A stretch of DNA of 64,000 nucleotides from contig CANQYM010000004.1 of NCBI GenBank assembly GCA_947628085.1, forward strand, positions 48,791 through 112,790, written 5' to 3'. This document shows, one piece after another, positions 28,562-38,517 of this stretch. The first letter of the stretch is position 1. Each line of letters opens with the position of its first letter. Both the position numbers and the translations under genes were made by a program. The notes beneath the pieces are model-generated. The model saw only the letters and a program-made list of their open reading frames with translations. It had not been told where the DNA came from and made no database searches. The DNA is from an uncultured Clostridia bacterium (GTDB lineage Bacteria > Bacillota > Clostridia > TANB77 > CAG-508).

Positions 28562-28921
28562 ATGGTTAAAGAAAGAAATATTGTTGTATGTATTTTATTA
28601 TCAATAATAACATGTGGTATTTATGCTATTTATTGGTTTATAACATTAACAGATGATACTTCAAAATTAAATAATGATCCAGATTTTTCAGGAGTTAAAT
28701 CTTTTATCTTTTCTCTTATTACTTGTGGTATCTATGGTATTTATTGGAACTATAAAATAGGTAAAGAAATGTATGAAGCAAATCAAAAAGCTGGGATTCA
28801 AGCAAGTGATAATTCTGTAATATACTTAATTTTATCAATATTTGGATTAAGTATTATTACATACTGTTTAGTTCAAAGTGAATTAAATACTATAGCTAAA
28901 CAAACTGGTAATGCTCAATAA
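28562..28921 (+). CDS. DUF4234-like small membrane protein
   Basis: The CGIYAIYW motif is duplicated across two TM helices. Length is 119 aa. Confidence 0.45.
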   Translation: MVKERNIVVCILLSIITCGIYAIYWFITLTDDTSKLNNDPDFSGVKSFIFSLITCGIYGIYWNYKIGKEMYEANQKAGIQASDNSVIYLILSIFGLSIITYCLVQSELNTIAKQTGNAQ

Positions 28922-29318
28922 TAAGAAAAATATTATATTAGTCATAGGGATTTTGATTTTTGTTATTCTTTTTCAAGACAATATTGGAATCCCTTGCTTC
29001 TTTCATGAACTAACAGGATTATATTGCCCAGGTTGTGGTATCACAAGAGCATTTCTTTCATTAATCAAATTAGACTTATATCAAGCATTTAGATATAATA
29101 TGTTGGTAATAATATTATTACCTTTTTTTGCTATGTATACAATTTATAAATTAATTATGAAAGGAAATAAAAAAATACCAAATTTTATTTGGTATTTTTT
29201 ATTAATCATTACAATATTATTTGGAATACTTAGAAATATTTCTGCTTTCTCATTTCTTGCCCCAACTAAGGAAAATTTAAAAAATAAGCCCTATTGTTCT
29301 TGGCATAATATATATTAA
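28911..29318 (+). CDS. DUF2752-like membrane protein
   Basis: The CPGCGITRAF motif is present. Length is 135 aa. Its start overlaps the end of the upstream gene. Confidence 0.5.
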   Translation: MLNNKKNIILVIGILIFVILFQDNIGIPCFFHELTGLYCPGCGITRAFLSLIKLDLYQAFRYNMLVIILLPFFAMYTIYKLIMKGNKKIPNFIWYFLLIITILFGILRNISAFSFLAPTKENLKNKPYCSWHNIY

Positions 29319-29339
29319 ATTAATGATTGGAGAAATGTA

Positions 29340-29765
29340 GTGAAAATAATAAAATTTGAAGAAAAATATCGAGATGATATGATTTTTATGGTATTAAGTG
29401 CTAAAAATGCTTTAGGCAGAGTTCCAAAACTAAACGAAGATTTATTAGATATAAAAAAGAATTATTTTGACAAAGGACATCCTTTTTGGATAGCATTAGA
29501 TGAATTTGATAGAGTAATTGGATGTATAGGTACAAGAAGTGATGAAGATGGAAAAATATTTTTATCAAGATTATATGTTAAATTCGATCATAAGAGACAT
29601 GGGATTGGTAGTCAATTATTGCAACTAGCAGAAGATTCTGCAAGGGAAAGAGGATATAAAGAAATACATGTTCATTTAGGAAAAGATTATTTAGAAAGTC
29701 ATATTTTTTATCCAAAACATGGATATATTGAATATCAAAATTTATATATGAAGAAAAAATTGTAA
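29340..29765 (+). CDS. GNAT family N-acetyltransferase
   Basis: The acetyl-CoA-binding-like segment HGIGSQLLQLAEDSARERGY is present. Length is 141 aa. The start is GTG. Confidence 0.65.
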   Translation: MKIIKFEEKYRDDMIFMVLSAKNALGRVPKLNEDLLDIKKNYFDKGHPFWIALDEFDRVIGCIGTRSDEDGKIFLSRLYVKFDHKRHGIGSQLLQLAEDSARERGYKEIHVHLGKDYLESHIFYPKHGYIEYQNLYMKKKL

Positions 29766-29849
29766 GTTGTTACACAAAAAAGATTTATTAAAATTTGATT
29801 ATATAAATGATTTATGTGATAAATTTAGTGAAGTATTAAATAAATAAGG

Positions 29850-30512
29850 ATGGTACTAATAGTTATGAAAATAGATGAATTAAATATTGAATATGATAAA
29901 TTACAATTAAAGTATGGAGCAAAAGAATTAACATCTATATATAATGGCGGTTGTACAGAAAATCCGAATTTTTGCTTTATTTTTATGAATCCTACTGGAA
30001 AAAATATTGCATCTAATCCAGAATGGAAAGGCAGAAGATCTCCATGGATTGGAACTAAAAATATATGGAAATTATTTTATCGAATAGGTTTACTTGATGA
30101 AGAAATATATATGAATATTATGTCAAAGAAACCTCAAGAATGGAATGAAGAGTTTGCAAATTTAGTATATGATAATGTAATAAAACATAAATACTTTATT
30201 ACGAATTTAGGAAAATGCACTCAATTAGATGCAAGAGTATTACCTAATTCAGTTTATAATCAATATTTAGATTTATTATTCAAAGAAATAGAAATAATAA
30301 ATCCTAAAGCAATTATTACACTTGGAAATCAAGTTAGCTCTATCGTATTAAATAAAAAAATATCAGTATCACAATGTAGAAAACAGAGCTTTTCAAAAAA
30401 TATTTTAGGGAAAATTTATAAAGTCTATCCAGTTTATTATCCAATAGGAAATGGAATGATGAATATGGATAAAGCAATAGAAGACTTAAATTATATTCAA
30501 AAATTTTCATAG
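29850..30512 (+). CDS. Uracil-DNA glycosylase superfamily protein (family 4/5-like)
   Basis: The segments FMNPTGKN...SPWIG and FITNLGKCTQ...IEIINPKAIITLGNQVS are collinear with family-4 UDG motifs (GEGPG...; ICNVVKCRP...IEIINP..IVALG). The start may instead be the ATG at 29865. Confidence 0.5.
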   Translation: MVLIVMKIDELNIEYDKLQLKYGAKELTSIYNGGCTENPNFCFIFMNPTGKNIASNPEWKGRRSPWIGTKNIWKLFYRIGLLDEEIYMNIMSKKPQEWNEEFANLVYDNVIKHKYFITNLGKCTQLDARVLPNSVYNQYLDLLFKEIEIINPKAIITLGNQVSSIVLNKKISVSQCRKQSFSKNILGKIYKVYPVYYPIGNGMMNMDKAIEDLNYIQKFS

Positions 30513-30675
30513 TTAATACAGACTTTTTTATTATATAATAAAATTGAAATATTCAATATTGACAAACTATTTTTTCTATAATAATATACAAACAATAGTT
30601 CTTAAATATAGTAAAGACAGATGTATTATTAAAAGTAATAATAAGAACTAAATTTTATAAAAAGGATGTGTTCTT

Positions 30676-31617
30676 ATGGAAGAAAAGAAAAATGAAATTA
30701 TAATATTTGAAAATCAAGATGTTAAACTTGAAGTTAATTTAAAAGAAGATAATGTGTGGATTACTGCAAATCAAATGGCTATACTGTTTGATAAAGATGA
30801 AACTACTATCAGAAAGCATATTAATAATGTGTTCAAAGATAAAGAATTAGAAAAAGATAACAACAGGCAAAAAATGCGCGTTGATGGTGTAAAGCAATTA
30901 GTACCATTTTACAATTTAGATGTTATTATATCAGTAGGATATAGAGTAAAGTCAAAAAATGGTGTAATTTTTAGACAATGGGCAAATAAAATTTTAAAAG
31001 ACTATATGTTAAAAGGTTATGCTGTAAATCAAAAAAGATTAGAATATCTAGAAAAAACAATAAAACTTATAGATATTGCTAATAGAATTGATAAAAGATT
31101 AGAAGGAAATGATGCAAAAGAGATTTTAAAAGTAATTGGAAATTATTCAAAAGCTCTTGACTTATTAGACGATTATGATCACAAAACATTAAAGAAGCCA
31201 AATGGAAATGTTGACGAAAGAAAAGTTGAATATAATGAATGCTTAAAAGTTATAGACAAATTAAGATTTAATCAAGAAAGTTCTTTATTTGCAGTAGAAA
31301 GAGATAAGGGATTAGAATCAATTATAGGTAATATTTATCAAAGTTTTGCTGGACAAGATGTTTATAAAAGTATAGAAGAAAAAGGAGCTAATTTTTTATA
31401 TTTAATTGTGAAAAATCATGTATTTGCTGATGGAAATAAAAGAATAGCAGCTACCTTATTTATATATTTTTTGAACTTTTATGGTATTCTATATAAAAAT
31501 GGAAAACAAACAATAGATAACAATACTTTAGCTGCATTAACTTTGTTAATAGCAGAATCAAATCCTAAAGAAAAGGAAATTCTTATAGATTTAGTAATGA
31601 ATTTTTTAAATGATTGA
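30676..31617 (+). CDS. RhuM-domain / Fic (Doc) family protein
   Basis: The N-terminus IIIFENQDVKLEVNLKEDNVWITANQMAILF matches the virulence-RhuM domain. The C-terminus carries the Fic motif HVFADGNKRIAA (HxFx[DE]GNxR). Confidence 0.7.
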   Translation: MEEKKNEIIIFENQDVKLEVNLKEDNVWITANQMAILFDKDETTIRKHINNVFKDKELEKDNNRQKMRVDGVKQLVPFYNLDVIISVGYRVKSKNGVIFRQWANKILKDYMLKGYAVNQKRLEYLEKTIKLIDIANRIDKRLEGNDAKEILKVIGNYSKALDLLDDYDHKTLKKPNGNVDERKVEYNECLKVIDKLRFNQESSLFAVERDKGLESIIGNIYQSFAGQDVYKSIEEKGANFLYLIVKNHVFADGNKRIAATLFIYFLNFYGILYKNGKQTIDNNTLAALTLLIAESNPKEKEILIDLVMNFLND

Positions 31618-32734
31618 GTAAAAATAAATCACAATTTTTAAAAAGCTGAAAAACGCTAGGGTAGGAGAGAGGGCTAGTTTTTAAAATTTTGAAAATATAA
31701 AAATATAATATATTTAAAAGTTTCTAAAATTCTAATATTAAAATTTCAAAAATTTTAGTATTAGAATTTTTTATGAAAAATATAATTATAAAATTAAAAA
31801 TCTGAATTTATAAAAATTTAAAAATTTTGATTTCAAATTTGTTTGTATAATTTTATAAAAAACCGAACATTTGTTATTTGAGAAATTTTTTATATGTTTA
31901 AGATAAATTTTAAAATTTTTACATTATAATTATATGTTTTTTAAATATGTCTATAATCTTATATAGATTATAGTTTTTTAGCGTCTTAAAATCGTTTTTA
32001 AGGCGTTTTTATATTTTATTAAACAAAGTTACATTACTTAAATTATAATTCTAAATATCATTTTATTATGATGATCTAAAAAATATCATAAAAATACTGG
32101 AATTTCTGCAATTTATAAAAATCTCTAAAAATGGCTAAAAAAACGACGCACGAGAATCGATTTTAAGCCGTTTTTATTTTAAAGTAATATAAGTTTGTTG
32201 TCTAAAAAATAAGGCTATATTTAGAAAATAGCGATTTTGGAGGTTTTTGATAAAAAATGAAAATAATATAATAAAAAATAAAAAAGTGAAAAAATAATAC
32301 AGAAATATTCATATAAAAATGTTATAAATATAAGAATTGTTGAAATCATTGAAAATAAAGACTTACTAGAATCGATTATAAAGCGATTTAAAATAAAAGT
32401 AATATAGTTTATTGTCTAAAATAAGAGCTTAATAGAGGCTGTAATGAAGATATAGCAAGAAGTATAGGTATTATAGATATATGTTTGAAATCCTACTCCT
32501 TTTTGCACAAAACTTTGATTTTGTGCAAAGTTGTATATCTATTTTTACACAAATTTTGATTTACCTTCCCATGCTTTCTTCTATTGTTTTTGATAAATTT
32601 AAAGTATTTTCCTTTTAAATCTATTTTTATAAATTTAAGTTTTATTAAATATTTTTTAATCTTAGATTAATTTTCAATTTCGTTTTATATTTTTTATTAA
32701 AAAAATTATTTTAAATTTTATTTTTTATATTCCT

Positions 32735-33337
32735 TTATTCCCTATTTTTTAATTCTTTTAATTTATTATATAAAATTTTTACATTTTCCATTTCAAATGT
32801 ATTTTTACCATAATGCTCTTCTTCTCTTCTTTTGCAAAATCCTTCAAATTCTGATATAGCAACATCAATATTACTTGGATTTACTTTGTCTTCATAAACT
32901 TTTAAAGCTGTATTTATATAACCGCATATGGCACATGCTGTCATTGCTCTAAAATATGAAATTTCATTTAAAGTAGATATTTTATATAATTTCATTGCAA
33001 AATTATCATCTATTTTTTGAGGATTAGTTAAAATCATTTTTTCGCAAACATAAACATCATTATCACTTACAGTCTTATAAAGCTTGCTATCTTCTGGAAT
33101 TTTAACTTCGCATAATGTATCTCCTCTAATAAGCCATCTAAAAACGTAATTATAGGTTGATATGCAAAATCCTCCCATTTTCATACTTTCTGTTGCATTT
33201 AAATCAATTTCTTTATCTGCAATAACAACTTCATCTATAGGAAATTTCTTTCCATCCCTATATTCTTTTGTTGTTTGGATTACTCTATAATATTTTTTAT
33301 TTTTATCTGCTTCACATTCAAAAAGTTTTCCTAACAT
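32735..33337 (-). CDS. Hypothetical protein (Cys-containing, no recognised domain)
   Basis: A 200-aa ORF with an AAGGAG RBS. It lies downstream of the ABC exporter pair and is separated from it by a long-stem terminator. Confidence 0.4.
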   Translation of the reverse strand: MLGKLFECEADKNKKYYRVIQTTKEYRDGKKFPIDEVVIADKEIDLNATESMKMGGFCISTYNYVFRWLIRGDTLCEVKIPEDSKLYKTVSDNDVYVCEKMILTNPQKIDDNFAMKLYKISTLNEISYFRAMTACAICGYINTALKVYEDKVNPSNIDVAISEFEGFCKRREEEHYGKNTFEMENVKILYNKLKELKNRE

Positions 33338-33407
33338 TATATTATTTTAACTCCTTATGTATTTAAATAAAACAATTTTTACATTAATATAATTTTATTT
33401 ATAAAAA

Positions 33408-33451
33408 GACATTTCATATACATATCGTACTTTAAATGTATATGAAATGTC
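33408..33451 (-). terminator. Long-stem intrinsic terminator and possible operator palindrome
   Basis: A perfect 16-bp inverted repeat (GACATTTCATATACAT / ATGTATATGAAATGTC) has a 12-nt loop and is followed by TTTTTAT on the minus strand. A TTGACA hexamer is embedded in the left arm. Confidence 0.6.
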
Positions 33452-33470
33452 AATAGTAAGTTAAATTTAT

Positions 33471-35216
33471 TTATCCTAAGCTTTCATAATATGAATTATA
33501 TAATTTTGAATAATATCCTTTTTTATTCAAAAGTTCTTTATGATTTCCTTCTTCTATTATTTCTCCATTATCTAAAACAATTATTTTATCTACATTTACT
33601 ATTGTAGATAACCTATGAGCAATAAAAATAGCTGTTTTTTCTGCTGAAAGCTTATCAATAGACTTTTGAATAAGCTCTTCTGTATGAGTATCAATGTTTG
33701 CAGTTGCCTCATCTAGTATGAATATATCTGGATTATGAGCAAAAATTCTTGCAAAAGCCAATAATTGCTTTTGACCTGCAGAAAAAGAAGAGCCTCTTTC
33801 TTTTGAAATTGTATTTATTCCTTGTGGAAGAGAATTAACGAATTTACTTGCAGAACTTAGTTTTAATGCATTTTCTATTTCTTCATCTGAAATTTTTCTA
33901 TTTAATTTTATATTATCTTTTATACTTCTTGCAAAAATAAATGGATCTTGCAAAATTGTTCCAATATGACGTCTTAAATCACGTTTATTTATCTCTTTAA
34001 TATTTACACCATCTAATAGTATTTCTCCCTTTTGAACATCATAAAACCTGTTTACCAAATTTGTTATTGTTGTTTTTCCAGAACCTGTTTTTCCAACTAA
34101 AGCTATAGTTTCACCAGGATTTATTGTAAAAGAAATATTTTTTAGAACCCAATTATTTTCATTATATGCAAACCAAACATTCTTAAATTCAAGTTTTCCT
34201 TTAACTTCTTTTAATTCTTTTCCAGAGTCAAAATCTTCTAAATATTGTTTTTCATCTAAAATATCATAAATTTTATTTATAGAAACTATTGCTTCTTGTA
34301 CAACTTCTATGTTATCTATAATTCTTGTTATAGGTTCAAACAAAGATTTAATATAACTTACAAAAATATAAATTGAACCTACGGGAATTGTAATTCCCCA
34401 AAAGTGATTAATTGAACTTACAACTATTATTGTTATAGCTAGATTTTCAAATAAAGTCATTAATCCTGGAAATAATCCTTCATAAATAGAAGATGGTATT
34501 CTTACTCTTATAAATTCACTAGTTAATTTTTCACATTCATCTTGTTTTTCTTTTTGGATATTAAAAATTTTTATTAGTTTCGCACCATAAATAGATTCTG
34601 CTAGAAAAGTATTTATATTTGTTCTTACAACCTTTGATGCATCATATATTTTGTTTAATATATAAGTTAGGCCTACAGAAGTTATGATTACAAAAGGCAA
34701 TAATATAAAAGTTAATAAACTCAATTTAAAGCTAAAATATATCATTACTAATATAATTCCAATAATTGATATTATATCTCTAAAAAAAGTAGTTATAACT
34801 TCTTTAAAAAGTGCTGAAATATCTTCAACATCATTTGTAATTCTAACAAAAAGTTTTCCGGCAGGTGTTTTATCATGAAAACTAATATTAGCATCTTGAG
34901 TATACTTATAAATCTTATTTCTTATTGAAAATAAAATTTCCTCACCCATAACATTTGTTTTCATTCTAGTTATAAAATCTAATATATTACTAATTATAAC
35001 AATAGCAAAATAAATTATTCCAATTGTTGTTATACTTATAAAAGTTTTTTCTACGATGCCTAAACTTAAGAAATCATCTATTAAAACTTTTACTAGATAT
35101 GGCTTTGAAAGTTCTAAAATGTTTATTAATATTGACATTATAGATACAAAAATTATAGTTTTTTTATGTGGTTTTGCAATTTTCTTAAATCTTTCCCATG
35201 TTTTTTTCATAGCCAT
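33471..35216 (-). CDS. ABC transporter ATP-binding/permease protein (type I exporter half-transporter)
   Basis: A 581-aa ORF with six TM helices followed by a nucleotide-binding domain. Walker A (GKTGSGKTT), the signature LSAGQKQLLAFAR and Walker B (ILDEAT) are present. Confidence 0.85.
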   Translation of the reverse strand: MAMKKTWERFKKIAKPHKKTIIFVSIMSILINILELSKPYLVKVLIDDFLSLGIVEKTFISITTIGIIYFAIVIISNILDFITRMKTNVMGEEILFSIRNKIYKYTQDANISFHDKTPAGKLFVRITNDVEDISALFKEVITTFFRDIISIIGIILVMIYFSFKLSLLTFILLPFVIITSVGLTYILNKIYDASKVVRTNINTFLAESIYGAKLIKIFNIQKEKQDECEKLTSEFIRVRIPSSIYEGLFPGLMTLFENLAITIIVVSSINHFWGITIPVGSIYIFVSYIKSLFEPITRIIDNIEVVQEAIVSINKIYDILDEKQYLEDFDSGKELKEVKGKLEFKNVWFAYNENNWVLKNISFTINPGETIALVGKTGSGKTTITNLVNRFYDVQKGEILLDGVNIKEINKRDLRRHIGTILQDPFIFARSIKDNIKLNRKISDEEIENALKLSSASKFVNSLPQGINTISKERGSSFSAGQKQLLAFARIFAHNPDIFILDEATANIDTHTEELIQKSIDKLSAEKTAIFIAHRLSTIVNVDKIIVLDNGEIIEEGNHKELLNKKGYYSKLYNSYYESLG

Positions 35217-35228
35217 ATCTCCTTTCTT

Positions 35229-36971
35229 CTAATTTAATATATTTATTTCTTGCATAGATGCTTGTTCTGTATAAAACTTATTATATAGTCCTTTATTTTT
35301 AAGAAGAGTTTTATGAGTTCCTTCCTCTATTATTTTTCCTTTGTCAAAAACAACTATTTTATCTGCATCTTTTACATCAGAAATTCTATTTGAAATAATA
35401 ATACAAGTTTTTCCTTTTACTAAATTTTTTATATTAGCTAATAAACTTTTTTCAGTTCTATTATCTAAAGCAGAAAAAGTATCATCAAAAATTATTATAT
35501 TGCTTTTATTTAAAAATGCCCTTGAAATAACAACTCTCTGCTTTTGTCCACCAGAAAGGTCTATTCCCCTCTCTCCTATTATTGTATATAGCCCATTTTT
35601 CATACTTCTAACTTCATCTAAAAATATTGATTTTTCAGCACTTTCAAGTATTTCTGTATCTGTAAAATATTCTTTGAAAAGTGTTATATTTTCTTTTATT
35701 GTTGTTGAAAATAAAAAGTTATCTTGAGTAATATAAGATATATTTTTTCTCAAATTTGATAGTTCAATTTCATTTATATCTTGATTTCCAATGAAAATTT
35801 TTCCATCTTGAACAGGATATAATCTTAAAAGTAAATTCATTAAAGTTGTTTTTCCGCTTCCGATTGTTCCGATTATTCCAAGTGTTTGTCCTTCTTTGAT
35901 TTCAACAGAAATGTCATCTAAAACTCTATCTATATTTCCTGGATAATTAAATGTTAAATTCTTTATTAAAATATCTCCAGATATTTTTTTATTGTTTTTA
36001 GAAGTATCTATTTTTAAAGTTTCTTCTTCTAATTTAAATACATTTTCTAATCTATAATAAGATATTTGTGCTCTTTTAAATTTTGAAATAATATTTGGAA
36101 GAATATATATTGGAGTATAAAATAAATCAATATATCCTATAAATGCAACAAAATCTCCTAATGTTATAGTGCTATTTAAAACTAATTTTGAACCATAGAT
36201 AACAGTAATTCCATAGCAAAATCCGAAACATATATTTATTGATGTTGAAATTAATGTAGAATATAAGTCTACTGAAATGTTACTTTTTTTCAATATTTTA
36301 TTTTTCTTCATAAATTTCTTAAGCTGATTTGTTTCTCCAGCATAAGCCTTTGTTGTTCGAATTGCATCTGTACTTTCTTGAACATACTCTGAAAGATTAG
36401 TAAAATACTTTTGAGACTTTTTAAAGCTTTCTTCTACATATTTTTTTAGAATTATAATTATGTATGTAGTAATTAAAATTGGACACATTGTTGCAATTGT
36501 TAATGAAGTATTAATATTTTTCATAGTGTATGTTGCTATTATAAATATGAAAAATATTCTTGTGCCACCAGATAGTATTTTATACATTAGGCCTCTTATT
36601 TCACCAATATCTTTTACGAAATAAGACATTATTTCACCATTTTTAATGTCTTGAATGCTTGTTAATTTAATTTTTAAAAAGTGTTCAAATAATTTATCTT
36701 TAAGTCCTTTTTCTAAAGTTCTAGTTGTTCGTGCCATAAAATATTTCCATGTAACTCTTAAAACTAAAGCAATTAAAGCTGTAATTATCAATAGAAAAAT
36801 GTAATTATAAATTATTTCTCTATTTTTATTTATATCATAAAGTAAATCTATAATTTTTCCTAAAATTTTTGAAGGAAAAGTAAGAAAATACATATTTATT
36901 GCAATACAAATAATTATTATTGCTATTTGCCAAAATATTTTCTTTAATATTTCAAGCAATATTTTTTTCAT
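35229..36971 (-). CDS. ABC transporter ATP-binding/permease protein (heterodimer partner)
   Basis: A 580-aa ORF with Walker A (GTIGSGKTT), the signature LSGGQKQRVVISRAF and Walker B (IIFDDTFSALD). It is adjacent to and co-oriented with the partner gene. Confidence 0.85.
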   Translation of the reverse strand: MKKILLEILKKIFWQIAIIIICIAINMYFLTFPSKILGKIIDLLYDINKNREIIYNYIFLLIITALIALVLRVTWKYFMARTTRTLEKGLKDKLFEHFLKIKLTSIQDIKNGEIMSYFVKDIGEIRGLMYKILSGGTRIFFIFIIATYTMKNINTSLTIATMCPILITTYIIIILKKYVEESFKKSQKYFTNLSEYVQESTDAIRTTKAYAGETNQLKKFMKKNKILKKSNISVDLYSTLISTSINICFGFCYGITVIYGSKLVLNSTITLGDFVAFIGYIDLFYTPIYILPNIISKFKRAQISYYRLENVFKLEEETLKIDTSKNNKKISGDILIKNLTFNYPGNIDRVLDDISVEIKEGQTLGIIGTIGSGKTTLMNLLLRLYPVQDGKIFIGNQDINEIELSNLRKNISYITQDNFLFSTTIKENITLFKEYFTDTEILESAEKSIFLDEVRSMKNGLYTIIGERGIDLSGGQKQRVVISRAFLNKSNIIIFDDTFSALDNRTEKSLLANIKNLVKGKTCIIISNRISDVKDADKIVVFDKGKIIEEGTHKTLLKNKGLYNKFYTEQASMQEINILN

Positions 36972-37085
36972 TTTATTTTCCTCCTTTTCCTTAAATTTTG
37001 TATTTAGAATTTTATGTGATAAGTAAATAGTTTTATATACCTTAAAAAGAGCCGAATAATTTACAGTCTATTCAGCTCTTAAATT

Positions 37086-38420
37086 TTATTTTATAGTTTT
37101 AGAAATTATTTCTATGAATTCTTTATTATCTTTTGTTCTCATCATTTGATTTATTAATCTTTCTGTAAAATCAGCTGTTGTAAGAGTTGAATAAGTTTTT
37201 CTAACTAAATTTATTGTGTCGTATTCTTTTTCAGTAAGTAGAAGCTCATCTCTTCTTGTTCCTGATTTATTTACATCAATTGCTGGGAAAACTCTTTTTT
37301 CAGAAAGACTTCTATCAAGAAATACTTCCATATTTCCTGTTCCTTTAAATTCTTCAAAAATAACTTCATCCATTCTGCTTCCAGTTTCAATAAGTGCTGT
37401 TCCAAGAACAGTTAGACTTCCAGCATCTTCTGTGTTTCTTGCTGCACCAAAAAAGCGTTTTGGTTTATGAAGAGCTGCTGGATCAAAACCACCAGATAAA
37501 GTTCTTCCTGATGAAGGAATAACTAAGTTATATGCTCTTGCTAAACGAGTAATGCTATCTAATAATACAACTACATCTTTATTTTGAGTTGTAAGTCTTT
37601 TAGCTCTTTCTATTACCATTTCAGCAACTTTAACATGATGTTCAGGTTGCTCGTCAAAAGTAGAATAAATAACATCACCTTTTATAGAACGTTTCATTTC
37701 AGTAACTTCTTCTGGTCTTTCATCTATTAATAAAACTATTAAATAAACTTCTGGATTATTTGCTGTAATACTATTTGCAATTTTCTTTAAAATTGTTGTT
37801 TTTCCGGCTTTTGGAGGAGCAACAATCATACCTCTTTGTCCTTTTCCTATTGGTGACATTAAGTCCATTAATCTCATAGTATAGTCATTTGAGGTTGTTT
37901 CTAATTTTAATTTTTCTACTGGATAAATAGGAATTAAATCATCAAAATTTTTTCTTTTCATTGCTTTTTCAGGGTGCTCACCATTAACTTCTCCAACATA
38001 AATTAATGCTGGAAATTTTTCTCCCTCTTTTGGTGTTCTTTTAATTCCTTTTATCATATCACCTGTATCTAATTTAAATCTTCTAATTTGAACTGGTGAA
38101 ACATAAACATCTTTATTTGTTGATAAATAATTATCTCCTCTTAAAAATCCATATCCATCTGGTAAAAGTTCTAATATTCCTTCAACATATTCATCATCTT
38201 CACTAGTTAATTTATAGTCTATATCATTAGTTACTTCATCATTTTTGGAAGAGTTATCTACACTTAAATTTTCTTTGCTTTGATTATAGTTTTCTAATAT
38301 TTTTTCAATAAGTTCTGATTTCTTTAATTTAGAAATATTAGGAATTCCTTTGTCCTTTGCTAAATTTCTTAAATCAATAAGAGATAAGCTATCTAGTTCC
38401 ATATAATTAGCCCCTTTCAA
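37086..38420 (-). CDS. rho: Transcription termination factor Rho
   Basis: It has an N-terminal RNA-binding/OB region and the RecA-like ATPase ([21 protein letters not shown]). Length is 444 aa. An intrinsic terminator lies at about 37046-37080. Confidence 0.9.
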   Translation of the reverse strand: MKGANYMELDSLSLIDLRNLAKDKGIPNISKLKKSELIEKILENYNQSKENLSVDNSSKNDEVTNDIDYKLTSEDDEYVEGILELLPDGYGFLRGDNYLSTNKDVYVSPVQIRRFKLDTGDMIKGIKRTPKEGEKFPALIYVGEVNGEHPEKAMKRKNFDDLIPIYPVEKLKLETTSNDYTMRLMDLMSPIGKGQRGMIVAPPKAGKTTILKKIANSITANNPEVYLIVLLIDERPEEVTEMKRSIKGDVIYSTFDEQPEHHVKVAEMVIERAKRLTTQNKDVVVLLDSITRLARAYNLVIPSSGRTLSGGFDPAALHKPKRFFGAARNTEDAGSLTVLGTALIETGSRMDEVIFEEFKGTGNMEVFLDRSLSEKRVFPAIDVNKSGTRRDELLLTEKEYDTINLVRKTYSTLTTADFTERLINQMMRTKDNKEFIEIISKTIK

Positions 38421-38517
38421 TATATATAATTTTATTTTGGATTTTTGTTTAAAGAAAAAAATAAAAGTAATTTAATTTAAAATTAAACTACTTAAAATAT
38501 ATAATAAAGATACAAAA

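Noticed and set aside
31618-32734. A CRISPR array, suggested by direct repeats in an ORF-free region
   Set aside because: The repeats are only about 85% identical. They are irregularly spaced (about 215 nt and about 150 nt apart) and carry no uniform spacers. No cas genes are in the window.
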